Origin: an uncultured Pelagibacteraceae bacterium
GTDB taxonomy: Bacteria; Pseudomonadota; Alphaproteobacteria; Pelagibacterales; Pelagibacteraceae
Length of the DNA: 64,000 bases
Direction of reading: 5' to 3'
Assembly: GCA_902542235.1 (NCBI GenBank)
Contig: CACBTT010000002.1
Coordinates: 15,926-79,925 of the forward strand
Position numbers and translations under genes: made by a program. The notes under the pieces were generated by a model, which saw only the letters and a program-made list of their open reading frames with translations, was not told where the DNA came from and ran no database searches. Each line of letters begins with the position of its first letter. Within the stretch, counting starts at the first letter, position 1. Positions 1 through 11,129 of the stretch are shown here, piece by piece.

Positions 1-83
1 CTTAAAAATGAGGAAAGAAAAAAATTTGAAGTTTCGAAAATAAAAATTGATGTCTTAAAGTCAGATCTTATAACAAATTCAAA

Positions 84-497
84 TTAGTCAGTTTTTGCAA
101 TATCATTAATATTGAAATTTTTGATTTCATCTTTATTATTTGAATTTAGCTCTTCCTCTTTCTTTTCAAAATTTTGTTCTATAATGTTTGAATTAATGTT
201 TTGAGTTTTATTTAACTCTTGAAGATTTAATACTCTTGAAAAATGATCTGCGTGCTGAAGATAGTTTTCAGATAAAATTTTATCCCCTGAGGATAAAGCT
301 TCTCTTGCTAAATTATTGTATTTTTCAATCAACTTCGCTGCATTGTGATTATTTCTTCCAGTATTTCTATTTCTAAACTCTGATTTCGCACTAAAATCAT
401 TTTGTAACTTTAAGCCATTAATAGATCTTTTTCTAAAAGTTCTGTCACCATTAGACTTAAATCTATTTTTTCTGTTATTGCTTCGGTAATTGTTCAT
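84..497 (-). CDS. DUF4167-family protein
   Basis: Basic Asn/Arg-rich N-terminus plus 'EKYNNLAREALSSGDKILSENYLQHADHF' motif; usual position downstream of prmC in alphaproteobacteria. Confidence 0.8.
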   Translation of the reverse strand: MNNYRSNNRKNRFKSNGDRTFRKRSINGLKLQNDFSAKSEFRNRNTGRNNHNAAKLIEKYNNLAREALSSGDKILSENYLQHADHFSRVLNLQELNKTQNINSNIIEQNFEKKEEELNSNNKDEIKNFNINDIAKTD

Positions 498-1342
498 TAA
501 AATGTTTTTGTAGATATTATAACTCTTGGATTTAAGTTCATATCTTTACATATTTTGTCTATATAAAACCCATTATTATTTAATAAATATTTTGACTTTT
601 CTTCTTGTTTTTCTCCAATTTCAAAAATTAGTTTTCCATTTTTTTTGAGCAAAATTTTGCTTTTAAAAATCAGTTTTCTTATAAAATCAAAACCATCATT
701 TCCAGCTTTAAGAGCTAAATGAGGCTCATATAACCTTACATTTTCATCTAATCTTTTTAATTTTATATTATTTATGTAAGGTGGATTACAAACAATAAAA
801 TCATATTTATTATGAATATATTTGTCAATATCGATGTTAATGAATTTAATTTTATTTTCTAAGTGATGCATTTTTGCATTAAATTTTGCGATATTTAGGG
901 CTTTTTTACTGATATCAATCGCAGAAGCATAGCATTTAGGTCGATCCTTTATAATAGAAATTATGATACAGCCAGAACCAGTACCAACATCTAGTAATTT
1001 TTTTGAAGATTCAAAACTTATTTTTTTTAATAATTCTTCTACAATTATTTCAGTTTCAGGCCTTGGTATCAATACATTTTTGTTTACATAGAAACTGTAT
1101 CGCCAAAATTCTTTTGTTTTTAAAATATATGCTATTGGTTCATTTTTTTTTCTTCTCTTTAAATTTAATTTATAATTATATAATATTTTTTCTTTAATTT
1201 TCTTATTCAAATTTATTAAGAGTTTTTCTCTTGAAAACTTTGAGACATAAGCTAATAAAAGTTCTGCATCTAAACTATGAGATTTAATTTTGGTTTTCTT
1301 TAATAAGTTTGTTCCAAAATTCAAAGCGCTTAAGTAATTCAT
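497..1342 (-). CDS. prmC: Release factor glutamine methyltransferase
   Basis: [19 protein letters not shown] motif and NPPY; follows prfA. Confidence 0.95.
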   Translation of the reverse strand: MNYLSALNFGTNLLKKTKIKSHSLDAELLLAYVSKFSREKLLINLNKKIKEKILYNYKLNLKRRKKNEPIAYILKTKEFWRYSFYVNKNVLIPRPETEIIVEELLKKISFESSKKLLDVGTGSGCIIISIIKDRPKCYASAIDISKKALNIAKFNAKMHHLENKIKFINIDIDKYIHNKYDFIVCNPPYINNIKLKRLDENVRLYEPHLALKAGNDGFDFIRKLIFKSKILLKKNGKLIFEIGEKQEEKSKYLLNNNGFYIDKICKDMNLNPRVIISTKTF

Positions 1343-2415
1343 TGTACAAATTTGTTCAATTCATCTTCTTGTGCTTGTAAACTTAAACTTTCAACAATCT
1401 CATCAAATATTTCACCTTCCATGAACTCTTCTAATTTATGCAAAGTTAGATTTATTCTATGATCTGTAACTCTTCCTTGTGGAAAATTGTAAGTTCTAAT
1501 TCTTTCCGATCGATCTCCTGATCCAATCTTATTTTTTCTATCTTTTGATCTCTCTTGATCAATTTTTTGCCTTTCATAATCATAAAGTCTTGATCTTAAA
1601 ATTTTAAGACCTTTTTCTTTATTCCTTATTTGAGATTTCTCATCCTGCTGACTTACAACTATACCTGTAGGTAAATGAGTTATCCTAACTGCTGAGTCAG
1701 TAGTATTTACACTTTGACCACCAGGTCCACTACTTCTAAAAACATCTATTCTTAAATCTTTATCATCTATTTTGATATCTAGATCTTCAGCCTCTGGCAA
1801 AACTGCAACTGTAGCTGCTGAAGTATGCACTCTTCCCTGTGTTTCTGTATCTGGCACCCTTTGAACTCTGTGAACACCACTTTCATATTTTAAAGAGGAA
1901 TAAATATTTTTACCTTTAACCAAAGCTATAACTTCTTTCAAACCTCCTGCATCACTTTTAGAAATTGAAATTATCTCAATGTTCCATTTTTTTTTTTGAC
2001 TAACTTTTTCATACATTTTATAAAGATCCGAAGCAAATAAACTTGCTTCTAAACCACCTGTTCCAGCTCTAATCTCTATTATTGCATTCTTACTATCAGC
2101 CTGATCTTTCGGAAGTAAAAATAGTTTAATTTTTTTTTCATTTAGTAAAAAATTTGATTTTAAATTTTCGAGTTCTGTACTTGCAAAATTCTTCATTTCA
2201 GTATCTGAATTTTTGTCATTTATAATATTGTCTAAATCCTCAGTCTCTTTTTGAAAATTTATATATTCTTTAGCTTGCTGAATTATTTCATTTAAATCAG
2301 AATATTCTTTAGAAAATTCGGCGTATTTTTTCTTATCTATATCTGCAGATGAAAGTTCTGTTTCTAACTTTTGATGTCTATCAATTATATTTTGTACTTT
2401 TTGTAATGGGAGCAT
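1339..2415 (-). CDS. prfA: Peptide chain release factor 1
   Basis: GGQ motif, PDT tripeptide anticodon (RVPDTE), [15 protein letters not shown]. Confidence 0.97.
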   Translation of the reverse strand: MLPLQKVQNIIDRHQKLETELSSADIDKKKYAEFSKEYSDLNEIIQQAKEYINFQKETEDLDNIINDKNSDTEMKNFASTELENLKSNFLLNEKKIKLFLLPKDQADSKNAIIEIRAGTGGLEASLFASDLYKMYEKVSQKKKWNIEIISISKSDAGGLKEVIALVKGKNIYSSLKYESGVHRVQRVPDTETQGRVHTSAATVAVLPEAEDLDIKIDDKDLRIDVFRSSGPGGQSVNTTDSAVRITHLPTGIVVSQQDEKSQIRNKEKGLKILRSRLYDYERQKIDQERSKDRKNKIGSGDRSERIRTYNFPQGRVTDHRINLTLHKLEEFMEGEIFDEIVESLSLQAQEDELNKFVQ

Positions 2416-3519
2416 TTAATTATTTCTAATATTTGCAACTTTTTCCTCAACCATAGCAACAATTTTATCAATCATGTTATTTGTTGTTACTTTTTCTGTA
2501 TCTAAGCCATTCAAATAAAGCATATGATTGTCTTTTCCGCCTCCTGTTATACCAATGTCTGTTTGTTTGGCTTCACCAGGCCCATTGACTACACAACCAA
2601 TAATAGAGAGTGTAATTGGCTCTTTAATATGGGATAGTTTTTTTTCTAAGATTTTTACGGTTTCTATAACTTGAAAAGCTTGTCTGGCACATGATGGGCA
2701 TGAAATTATTTTTACACCTCTACTTCTAAGGCTTAAAGATTTTAAAATTTCATTTCCAACTTTTATTTCTTCAATTGGATCGTCTGATAGTGAAACTCTT
2801 ATTGTATCACCAATTCCATCTAACAACAAATTACCAAATCCTATTGAAGTTTTTACACTTCCAGGCAGATAACTTCCTGCTTCTGTTATGCCTAGATGAA
2901 GTGGATAATCAGTTTTTTTAGATAATAACCTATATGCTGCAATTGAAAGAAAGACATCTGAAGATTTTACGCTGATTTTAAAGTTTGAAAAATCCATATC
3001 CTCAATGATTTTGATATTTCTGATAGCACTTTCAACTAATGCTTCAGGACAAGGTTCTTTAAATTTTTCAAGTATATCTTTTTCTAATGATCCAGCATTG
3101 ACTCCAATCCTTATTGAGCAATTATTATTTTTGGCAGCAGATATAACTTCAGATACTCTTTGTCGATCACCAATATTCCCTGGGTTTATTCGAAGACAAT
3201 CTGCACCATTTTCAGCAGCCTCAATTGCTCTTTTGTAATGAAAATGAATATCTGCGACTATTGGAACATCTATATGTTTAATTATGGTTTTTAAAGATGC
3301 AGTTGATTTATCATCTGGACAAGAAACTCTTACTATGTCTGCACCAGCTTCCGTAACTTTATTAATCTGCTCTATTGTAGCTTTATGATCAGTCGTCAAG
3401 GTGTTGGTCATTGTTTGAACTGTAATCGGATTATCTCCACCAACCTTGACTTTTCCTACACTAATTTCTTTGGTTTTCTTTCTATTAATTTTTCTAAATG
3501 GTCTAATTTCAGTTGTCAT
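2416..3519 (-). CDS. ispG: (E)-4-hydroxy-3-methylbut-2-enyl-diphosphate synthase
   Basis: [20 protein letters not shown] and GCVVNGPGE Fe-S motifs. Confidence 0.97.
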   Translation of the reverse strand: MTTEIRPFRKINRKKTKEISVGKVKVGGDNPITVQTMTNTLTTDHKATIEQINKVTEAGADIVRVSCPDDKSTASLKTIIKHIDVPIVADIHFHYKRAIEAAENGADCLRINPGNIGDRQRVSEVISAAKNNNCSIRIGVNAGSLEKDILEKFKEPCPEALVESAIRNIKIIEDMDFSNFKISVKSSDVFLSIAAYRLLSKKTDYPLHLGITEAGSYLPGSVKTSIGFGNLLLDGIGDTIRVSLSDDPIEEIKVGNEILKSLSLRSRGVKIISCPSCARQAFQVIETVKILEKKLSHIKEPITLSIIGCVVNGPGEAKQTDIGITGGGKDNHMLYLNGLDTEKVTTNNMIDKIVAMVEEKVANIRNN

Positions 3520-4727
3520 TTATCTAACTTAAATTCTTTATGCAAACATTTTACAGCTTTTGAAGCATTTGTGCTTTTTATTAAAACTGATATTTTAATT
3601 TCTGAAGTTGAGATAACCTGTATATTTATATTTTTTTTTGCAAGTGCCTGAAACATTCTAAAGGTGACGCCTGGAGTAGTAATCATTCCAACACCTATTA
3701 TTGATACTTTCGATACATTTTTATCAAATATTAATTTTTTAAAAACAATATTTTTATTTTTATTTATAATTTTTTTTGTTTTATTCAAATCATTTGACTT
3801 GATTGTAAATGTAAGATCTGTTTGCTTACCATCAACAGATATATTTTGAACTACCATATCTACATTTATCGAATTTTGTGAAAGTGGTTTAAATATGGAG
3901 GCTGCTATGCCTGGTCTATCTTTAACTCCTAATAAAGTTACTTTTGCATCATTATCTGTGGAAGAAATTCCTGTGATAATTTTATTATTAATAATATTTT
4001 TTCTTTTTGTAATTAATGTGCCAGATTTATTTATAAATGATGATTTTACTTCGATATTTATCCTATTTAATCTTGCATCTTGTATAGAATCTGGTTGCAT
4101 TACTTTAGAGCCTAATGAGGCCATTTCTAACATTTCTTCATAAGATATATTTTTAATTTTTTTTGCAGAGTTAAGTTTATTTGGGTCTGTTGTATATACT
4201 CCCTCAACATCTGTGTAAATGACACATCGATCAGCTTTAAAAAACTTTGCAACCATAATTGCGCTTGAATCTGAGCCACCCCTGCCAATAGTTGTAATAT
4301 TTGAATTTTTATCCACACCCTGAAACCCAGCGATAATAGGAATTCCTCCGAATTTTAAAAATTTTAAAATTTTAGTTTTATTTATATATTTAATTCTTGA
4401 ATATTTGTGTTTACCCTCTGTTATAATTGGTATTTGCCAAGCCATCCAAGATCTAGAATTTAAACCATTTGCTGCTAAATGGCCTGCTAACAACGAACAC
4501 GAAATCTGCTCACCAGCAGAAACTAGAGCATCATATTCATTATCAGGAAAATTTTCACTGATTTTTTTTGACATATTGATCAACTTATTGGTAGTACCAC
4601 TCATTGCAGATGACAAAACTATAACTCTATATATTTTTGAGTAAGATTTAATTATTTTTGATACTTTTTTAATTCTTTGAATTGACCCAACTGAAGTACC
4701 GCCAAATTTTAATACAATAATTTTCAT
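3516..4727 (-). CDS. lysC: Aspartate kinase
   Basis: [24 protein letters not shown] and C-terminal ACT domains ending STSEIKIS. Confidence 0.95.
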   Translation of the reverse strand: MKIIVLKFGGTSVGSIQRIKKVSKIIKSYSKIYRVIVLSSAMSGTTNKLINMSKKISENFPDNEYDALVSAGEQISCSLLAGHLAANGLNSRSWMAWQIPIITEGKHKYSRIKYINKTKILKFLKFGGIPIIAGFQGVDKNSNITTIGRGGSDSSAIMVAKFFKADRCVIYTDVEGVYTTDPNKLNSAKKIKNISYEEMLEMASLGSKVMQPDSIQDARLNRINIEVKSSFINKSGTLITKRKNIINNKIITGISSTDNDAKVTLLGVKDRPGIAASIFKPLSQNSINVDMVVQNISVDGKQTDLTFTIKSNDLNKTKKIINKNKNIVFKKLIFDKNVSKVSIIGVGMITTPGVTFRMFQALAKKNINIQVISTSEIKISVLIKSTNASKAVKCLHKEFKLDK

Positions 4728-4793
4728 TGGTAGTTTTATTTACAAGCTTTATAATATTGATAAAATACATCTTATTTATAATGTCAATAAAGA

Positions 4794-5522
4794 ATGAGCA
4801 ATAATACTATAAACAAAGAAGAAGTAGAAAAATTTAGCAAAATTGCTGAAGAATGGTGGAATCCTAATGGAAAATTTAAACCACTTCACAAATTTAATCC
4901 AATAAGAATAGAGTACATAAAAAACAATATTATTAAAGATTTTAACATTTCATCAAATCATAAACCATTAGCAGGAATAAGTATTCTTGATATTGGATGT
5001 GGAGGAGGTTTACTATCCGAACCTTTGGCAAGACTTGGAGCAGATGTTGTAGGTATCGATGCGTCCAAAAAAAATATTGATATTGCAAAACATCATTTAA
5101 AAAAAAGTAATTTAAAAATTGAATATTATGATAGATCTCCAGAGAATTTTAATTATGAGAAAAAATTTGATGTAATTCTTAATATGGAGATAGTTGAACA
5201 TGTGGAAGATATTCCTAAATTTATAAATCAAAGTACAAAATTTTTAAAAAATAATGGTTTAATGTTCATTGCCACCTTAAACCAAACATTAAAATCTTAT
5301 GTATTTGCAATAATAGGAGCTGAATATATTTTAAGATGGCTTCCAATCGGAACGCATGATTGGAATAAATTCGTAAAACCTGAAAATCTAGAAGATATCT
5401 GCAATAAAAATTCACTTAAGTTAAAAAGTATTGATGGTGTTAAATTTAACCCAATTTTAAATAAGTGGAAACTTTCAAATGACAAATCCGTAAATTATAT
5501 AACAAAGTACAAAAAGAGTTAA
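4794..5522 (+). CDS. ubiG: Ubiquinone biosynthesis O-methyltransferase
   Basis: WWNPNGKFKPLH, LDIGCGGGLLSE, EIVEHV, GTHDW. Confidence 0.95.
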   Translation: MSNNTINKEEVEKFSKIAEEWWNPNGKFKPLHKFNPIRIEYIKNNIIKDFNISSNHKPLAGISILDIGCGGGLLSEPLARLGADVVGIDASKKNIDIAKHHLKKSNLKIEYYDRSPENFNYEKKFDVILNMEIVEHVEDIPKFINQSTKFLKNNGLMFIATLNQTLKSYVFAIIGAEYILRWLPIGTHDWNKFVKPENLEDICNKNSLKLKSIDGVKFNPILNKWKLSNDKSVNYITKYKKS

Positions 5523-5941
5523 TTTTCCTTATCTTCAATCCATGGAATGGTTGACGTCTCAATACCTTCTTCTTTTAGTTCCTTAACGTCTTCAATTGAT
5601 GCTTTGCCAAAAATATTTTTTTTATTCTTTTTTTTGCTGTAATGAATAGATCTAGCCTCATAAGCAAAATTTTCTCCAACATATTCAAAGTTTTCTTTTA
5701 CAAATTTTTGATATTCTCTTAATTTTTTTTTAACATTTTTATAATTCTTATAAGCTTTATCTTGTTTGAAAGTAGAATTAGCTAAATTTGGTTTCATCAA
5801 AGACTTTTCAATCTTTTGAGAATTACATTGCTGACAACTAAGAAGTTTTAATTTTTTTAATTTATCGAATTCTTTTGAACTAGCAAACCAACTTTCAAAC
5901 TCAAGACTGCAATTTTTACAATTTAATAAATACTTAATCAT
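5519..5941 (-). CDS. DUF1178-family protein
   Basis: MIKY..C..FESWF, CxxC, YVGENFAYEARSIHY, LKEEGI. Confidence 0.85.
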   Translation of the reverse strand: MIKYLLNCKNCSLEFESWFASSKEFDKLKKLKLLSCQQCNSQKIEKSLMKPNLANSTFKQDKAYKNYKNVKKKLREYQKFVKENFEYVGENFAYEARSIHYSKKKNKKNIFGKASIEDVKELKEEGIETSTIPWIEDKEN

Positions 5942-5978
5942 TGAAATGACTTAATTACATTTTATGGGATTTCAATAC

Positions 5979-7280
5979 CTAAGATCTGTAATCAGAATTA
6001 ATTTCAATATATTCCTTAGATAAATCCATAGTGTACGCTGTAAATTTTTTACTTCCAATAGATAGATCAATTGTTATCTCTATATTCTCATTTTTCATAT
6101 AATCACTAAGGATATTTTCGTTATAATTTTTATCTAATTTTCCATCTTTAAGGATCAAATTAGATCCCATTAATATAGATAATTTTTCTTGTTTGACAGT
6201 TACACCACTTTTTCCGATTGCCATCGCAATTCTACCCCAATTAGGATCTTCTCCAAATATTGCTGTTTTAACTAATGGTGAGTTAGCTATTGAGAAACAA
6301 ATATTTTTCGCATCTTTCTCGGTTTTGCTATTAATGCATTTGATGGTAACAAATTTTGTTGCTCCCTCTCCATCACTTGCAACTCTTTTTGCTAAGTTTA
6401 ACATGACCTGATGAACGCTACTAATGAATTGCTTTAATTTTGGATCTTTAAAACTTTTTATCTCTTTGTTGTTTGCTTTGCTTGTTGAAAATATTGAAAC
6501 CATGTCATTTGTACTAGTATCACCATCGCATGTTATAGCATTAAAAGTAGTCTTAATATTTAGATTAAGTATCTGTTTCAAAATTGATGAAGAAATATTG
6601 GCATCAGTAAAAATAAATCCTAAAGTTGTTGCCATATTTGGAAAGATCATTCCTGATCCTTTTGCAACTCCATATATTTTTACATCGGATCCAGCTATCT
6701 TACATTCTGCCATTGATAATTTTGGTTTATTGTCTGTTGTCATAATCCCAAGAGCTGCTTTGATCCAAATTAGTTTATTTTGATTGTATTTTATTTTATC
6801 AACTAAGTTTTTAGTGTTACTTAAAATTTCATTTTCAGGAAATTTTTCCCCTATGGTACCTGTGCAAGCAAATAATATTTGGTTTGGTTTAATTTCTCTT
6901 GGTTTTTCCTCGTCTTCTATTTGTTTTGATGTTAACAATTTTGACAAATTTAAGGAAATTTTTTTAAGAGAGTTATAGCCATCATTTCCTGTTAAGGCAT
7001 TTGCGTTTCTTGTATTGATTAAAATGCCATAAATTTTTTTATCTTTTATTTTTTTATTCCATTTTATATTTTCAGATACTAAACTAGATTTTGTATATAC
7101 ATTTGCATAATTTGCACCATCCCTAAAATAAAATAAAACTAAGTCGTCTCTTTTTTTATTATAAAGACCACAGCTAATTGTTGAGATAGATAATCCATCA
7201 ATATGTTCAAGATCTTGAAAATGTCCTATTTTAGAGTCCTTGTGTTTCTTATCAAAAAAGTTGTTTATACCAAAATCCAT
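5979..7280 (-). CDS. argJ: Ornithine acetyltransferase / N-acetylglutamate synthase
   Basis: IMTTD, AKGSGMIFPNMAT autocleavage site, DGDTSTND, DGEGATK, DPNWGRI. Confidence 0.95.
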   Translation of the reverse strand: MDFGINNFFDKKHKDSKIGHFQDLEHIDGLSISTISCGLYNKKRDDLVLFYFRDGANYANVYTKSSLVSENIKWNKKIKDKKIYGILINTRNANALTGNDGYNSLKKISLNLSKLLTSKQIEDEEKPREIKPNQILFACTGTIGEKFPENEILSNTKNLVDKIKYNQNKLIWIKAALGIMTTDNKPKLSMAECKIAGSDVKIYGVAKGSGMIFPNMATTLGFIFTDANISSSILKQILNLNIKTTFNAITCDGDTSTNDMVSIFSTSKANNKEIKSFKDPKLKQFISSVHQVMLNLAKRVASDGEGATKFVTIKCINSKTEKDAKNICFSIANSPLVKTAIFGEDPNWGRIAMAIGKSGVTVKQEKLSILMGSNLILKDGKLDKNYNENILSDYMKNENIEITIDLSIGSKKFTAYTMDLSKEYIEINSDYRS

Positions 7281-7339
7281 GCTATTTAATTTTTTAAATA
7301 AATAACTATATAATTTATAATTATTAAAACATCAAAAAT

Positions 7340-9874
7340 ATGCTTAATCCATTAAACATTATCAGTAAATTTATAAAAAGCGGCAATCAAAAAGAATTAG
7401 ACAGAATTCAAAAAATTGTAAAAGAGATTAATCTTAAAGAGATTAAAGTTAGTAAATTTGAGGATAATGAATTTCCTTTAAGAACAAATGAATTTATTTC
7501 TAGATTAAAAGAGGGAGAAAAATTAAACGATATATTGCCTGAGGCATTTGCATTAGTAAGAGAAGCTTCGAAAAGAATTAATAATGAAAGACACTTTGAT
7601 GTTCAACTAATTGGAGGTATTGCACTACATGAGAATAAGATTGCAGAGATGAAAACGGGTGAAGGGAAAACACTTACTATTGTTCTTGCTGCATACCTTA
7701 ACGCATTAGAAAAAAAAGGTGTTCATATAGTTACTGTAAATGATTATCTGGCAAAAAGAGATAGTATAAATATGGGTAAAATTTACAATTTTTTGGGTTT
7801 GAGCTGTGGATATATAAACTCAAACCATTCAGATGAGGAGCGCAAAGAAAATTATAATAAAGATATAACTTATGCCACTAACAGTGAATTAGGCTTTGAT
7901 TTTTTAAGAGACAACATGAAATATTCAAAAAATGAGATGGTCTTGAGAAAGCATAACTATGCGATAGTTGATGAGATCGACTCTTGTTTAATAGATGAAG
8001 CAAGAACTCCTTTAGTTATTTCTGGAGCAGCAGAGGATAAAACTATGCAATATATAGCTGTAGATAAATTAATTAAAAATTTAAAAAAAACAGACTTTGA
8101 CTTAGATGAAAAGGAAAAAAACATACTCTTAACAAATGAAGGAATTGATAATGTTGAAAAAATATTTTCTGATTCTGGTATCTTAAAAAATAACAATTTT
8201 TATGATCCAGAAAATTTACATTTAGTTCATCATGTAAACCAAGCATTAAGGGCAAATTATTTATTTGAAAATGGAAGAGATTATATAGTTAAAGATAATG
8301 AAATAGTTATAATTGACGAACAAACAGGTAGGCAATTGCCAGGTAGAAGATTTGGTGATGGACTTCATCAAAGCTTAGAAGCTAAAGAAAAAATAGAAGT
8401 TAAAGCTGAAAATCAAACTCTAGCGTCAATAACCTATCAAAATTTTTTTAAGTTATATGATAAATTAGCAGGTTGCACAGGAACAGCACAAACAGAGTCT
8501 GCAGAATTTTTTGAAATTTATAACTTGCCAGTTTTGCAGATACCTACTAACAAAGATATGATCAGAAATGATCTTAATGACCAAATCTTTAGAACAAGTT
8601 TAGAAAAAGATAACGCTATAATACAAAAAATAAAAGAATGTAATGAAATCGGACAACCACTATTGGTTTTCACATCTAGTATAAATAAATCTGAGCATTA
8701 CTCTAATTTGTTAGAAAAAGAGAAAATAAAACATATTGTTTTAAATGCTAAAAATCATGAGAAAGAAGCCGAAATTATTGCAAACGCTGGTAAAATAAAT
8801 TCTGTAATTATCACAACAAGTATATCGGGAAGAGGTGTTGATATTAAGTTGGGTGGACAAGATCAATCTGAAAAAGATGATGTGAAAAAAAGGGGAGGTT
8901 TATTTGTCATTGGAACCGAAAGAATGGAAAGTAGGAGAGTTGATAATCAAGCAAGAGGAAGATCAGGAAGACAAGGAGATGAAGGCAGTTCAATATTTTT
9001 TGTAAGTTTAGAAGATGATTTAATGAGATTATTTGGCTCAGAAACCATGAATTCAATGCTAGAAAAGCTTGGTCTTAAGGATGGTGAAAGTATTGATCAT
9101 CCTTGGATAAATAAAGCAATTGAAAGAGCGCAACAAAAAGTTGAAGCAAGAAACTTTGATATAAGGAAAACGCTTATTAAATTTGATAATGTTCTTAATG
9201 ACCAAAGACATGTAATTTTTGAACAACGAAAAAATGTAATAGATGGAAAAGAAAAAGAAAATTATTCAGACATTTTTTTAGAAGAAGTTCTAGACAATTT
9301 AAAAAGACAAAAAATTCTACACGAAAAATCTCCTAACTCTAAGGAATTTCCAAATACAATAAAACAGATTCTAGGTAAATCCATTGAAAATGATGAAATA
9401 GATAATATTTTAAATTCAGATCTGAAAGTAATGGAAAAAACGATAAAAGATAAATTCACAAAGAATAGAGAGGAAAGAAACAATTTACTAGGTGTTGAAC
9501 AAGGGAATGAAATTGAAAAAAGAATATTAGTACAAATCATAGATCAGAATTGGAAATCACATATTCAATATCTGGAACAATTAAGACAAGTAATTGGTTT
9601 AAGATCTTATGGACAAAGAGATCCTTTGGTGGAGTACAAAAAAGAAGCTTTTATATTATTTGAAAATTTACTGGGAAAATTAAAAACTGATCTTGTAACA
9701 ATGCTTCTAAATTTAAGAATAATAGAAAAAGATGATAGTCAGACTAAAACTAGTGATAATATTAATAATGATCCAAAATGCCTACTTGTAAAAAATAAAG
9801 AAGGAAAAATATCTAGAAATGAAAGATGTGAAGCTACTGGAAAAAAATTTAAAAATTGTTGTGGTGCCTTATAA
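7340..9874 (+). CDS. secA: Preprotein translocase ATPase SecA
   Basis: MKTGEGKT, VDEIDS, DEARTPL, RGRSGRQGD; variant C-terminal SEC-C motif. Confidence 0.97.
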   Translation: MLNPLNIISKFIKSGNQKELDRIQKIVKEINLKEIKVSKFEDNEFPLRTNEFISRLKEGEKLNDILPEAFALVREASKRINNERHFDVQLIGGIALHENKIAEMKTGEGKTLTIVLAAYLNALEKKGVHIVTVNDYLAKRDSINMGKIYNFLGLSCGYINSNHSDEERKENYNKDITYATNSELGFDFLRDNMKYSKNEMVLRKHNYAIVDEIDSCLIDEARTPLVISGAAEDKTMQYIAVDKLIKNLKKTDFDLDEKEKNILLTNEGIDNVEKIFSDSGILKNNNFYDPENLHLVHHVNQALRANYLFENGRDYIVKDNEIVIIDEQTGRQLPGRRFGDGLHQSLEAKEKIEVKAENQTLASITYQNFFKLYDKLAGCTGTAQTESAEFFEIYNLPVLQIPTNKDMIRNDLNDQIFRTSLEKDNAIIQKIKECNEIGQPLLVFTSSINKSEHYSNLLEKEKIKHIVLNAKNHEKEAEIIANAGKINSVIITTSISGRGVDIKLGGQDQSEKDDVKKRGGLFVIGTERMESRRVDNQARGRSGRQGDEGSSIFFVSLEDDLMRLFGSETMNSMLEKLGLKDGESIDHPWINKAIERAQQKVEARNFDIRKTLIKFDNVLNDQRHVIFEQRKNVIDGKEKENYSDIFLEEVLDNLKRQKILHEKSPNSKEFPNTIKQILGKSIENDEIDNILNSDLKVMEKTIKDKFTKNREERNNLLGVEQGNEIEKRILVQIIDQNWKSHIQYLEQLRQVIGLRSYGQRDPLVEYKKEAFILFENLLGKLKTDLVTMLLNLRIIEKDDSQTKTSDNINNDPKCLLVKNKEGKISRNERCEATGKKFKNCCGAL

Positions 9875-9875
9875 A

Positions 9876-10982
9876 TTAAAAAATCACTGTTAATAAAATT
9901 AATAATAGAAGAATTGATGTAGTTGAAATAAATAATTTTTTATTAGATTTAATTTTTAAAATCAAATTTTGAAAAAGATTATTTTTAATAGTAAGTTTAT
10001 CTTGATGCGTTGCATTAGTGGTGAAACCTTTATTCCTTCCAATATCTAAAAACTTATTCTTTCTTTGATTTAATATTTCTTCCCCATTTAAGGTAAGAAA
10101 TTTACTTAAGTTTCTATCAATAGCATTACGTACATTATCTAAAATAAGATCTTTATCTCGATGCGCACCACCCAAAGGTTCGGGTATTATCTCATCAATA
10201 ATTTCTAGTTTTAAAAGATCTTTCGCTGAAAGTTTCATTGCTTTCGCAGCTTCTAAAGTCTTTGTTGGATCTCGCCAAAGTATGGTTGCACATCCCTCTG
10301 GAGATATTACTGAATATATTGCATTCTCTAACATCAATACTTTACTTGAAGAAGCTAATGCAATAGCCCCACCAGAGCCTCCTTCGCCTATAATTATAGA
10401 TAAAGTTGGAACAGTCAGTTGCATAGAACATTCAATAGACTTTGCAATTGCTTCCGCTTGTCCTCTTTCTTCAGCACCAACTCCAGGGTAAGCGCCTGGA
10501 GTATCAACAAAATTAATAATTGGTATTTTGAATTTATTAGCTAAATTCATTAGCCTTATTGTTTTTCTGTAACCTTCTGGTCTCATCATTCCAAAATTTC
10601 TCTCAATCCTTGTATCTAAATTTTCACCCTTTTCCTGTCCTATTACTAAAACTGACTTAGAATTAAATTTACCAAAGCCACATATTACTGACTTATCCTC
10701 TCCATAAAATCTATCCCCAGAAAGTGAAATAAATTCATCAAATAAATTATCAATAAAAAATTTTGATTTAGGTCTATCCTCGTGTCTTGCAACCAATGTT
10801 GTCTGCCATGCATCTAGATTTGAATATACATCGTTAAGTTTTTTATCTATTTCATTTTGTAAATCCGTTATTTTAGTTGTGTCAACTTCTGAAATGCCGT
10901 CTTGATTATAAGGATCTTTTAATTTATCTAATTCTGTTTCTAAGTTTTTTATATCAGTCTCAAAATTTAAATAATTTTTCAT
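9876..10982 (-). CDS. accA: Acetyl-CoA carboxylase carboxyltransferase alpha, with hydrophobic C-terminal tail
   Basis: RNFGMMRPEGYRK, DTPGAYPG, GEGGSGGA, YSVISPEG. Confidence 0.95.
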   Translation of the reverse strand: MKNYLNFETDIKNLETELDKLKDPYNQDGISEVDTTKITDLQNEIDKKLNDVYSNLDAWQTTLVARHEDRPKSKFFIDNLFDEFISLSGDRFYGEDKSVICGFGKFNSKSVLVIGQEKGENLDTRIERNFGMMRPEGYRKTIRLMNLANKFKIPIINFVDTPGAYPGVGAEERGQAEAIAKSIECSMQLTVPTLSIIIGEGGSGGAIALASSSKVLMLENAIYSVISPEGCATILWRDPTKTLEAAKAMKLSAKDLLKLEIIDEIIPEPLGGAHRDKDLILDNVRNAIDRNLSKFLTLNGEEILNQRKNKFLDIGRNKGFTTNATHQDKLTIKNNLFQNLILKIKSNKKLFISTTSILLLLILLTVIF

Positions 10983-11129
10983 TGCTTTATTATATATAAT
11001 TTTTTGGCGATAAAATGATCAAATTACAAAAATTATATTCTTTTCAGATGAAAAATAACATTTTTTTCAATAAAGTAATGACATAATTTATTGATTGTCA
11101 TATACAACGGTTTCTAAATTTAAAAAATT

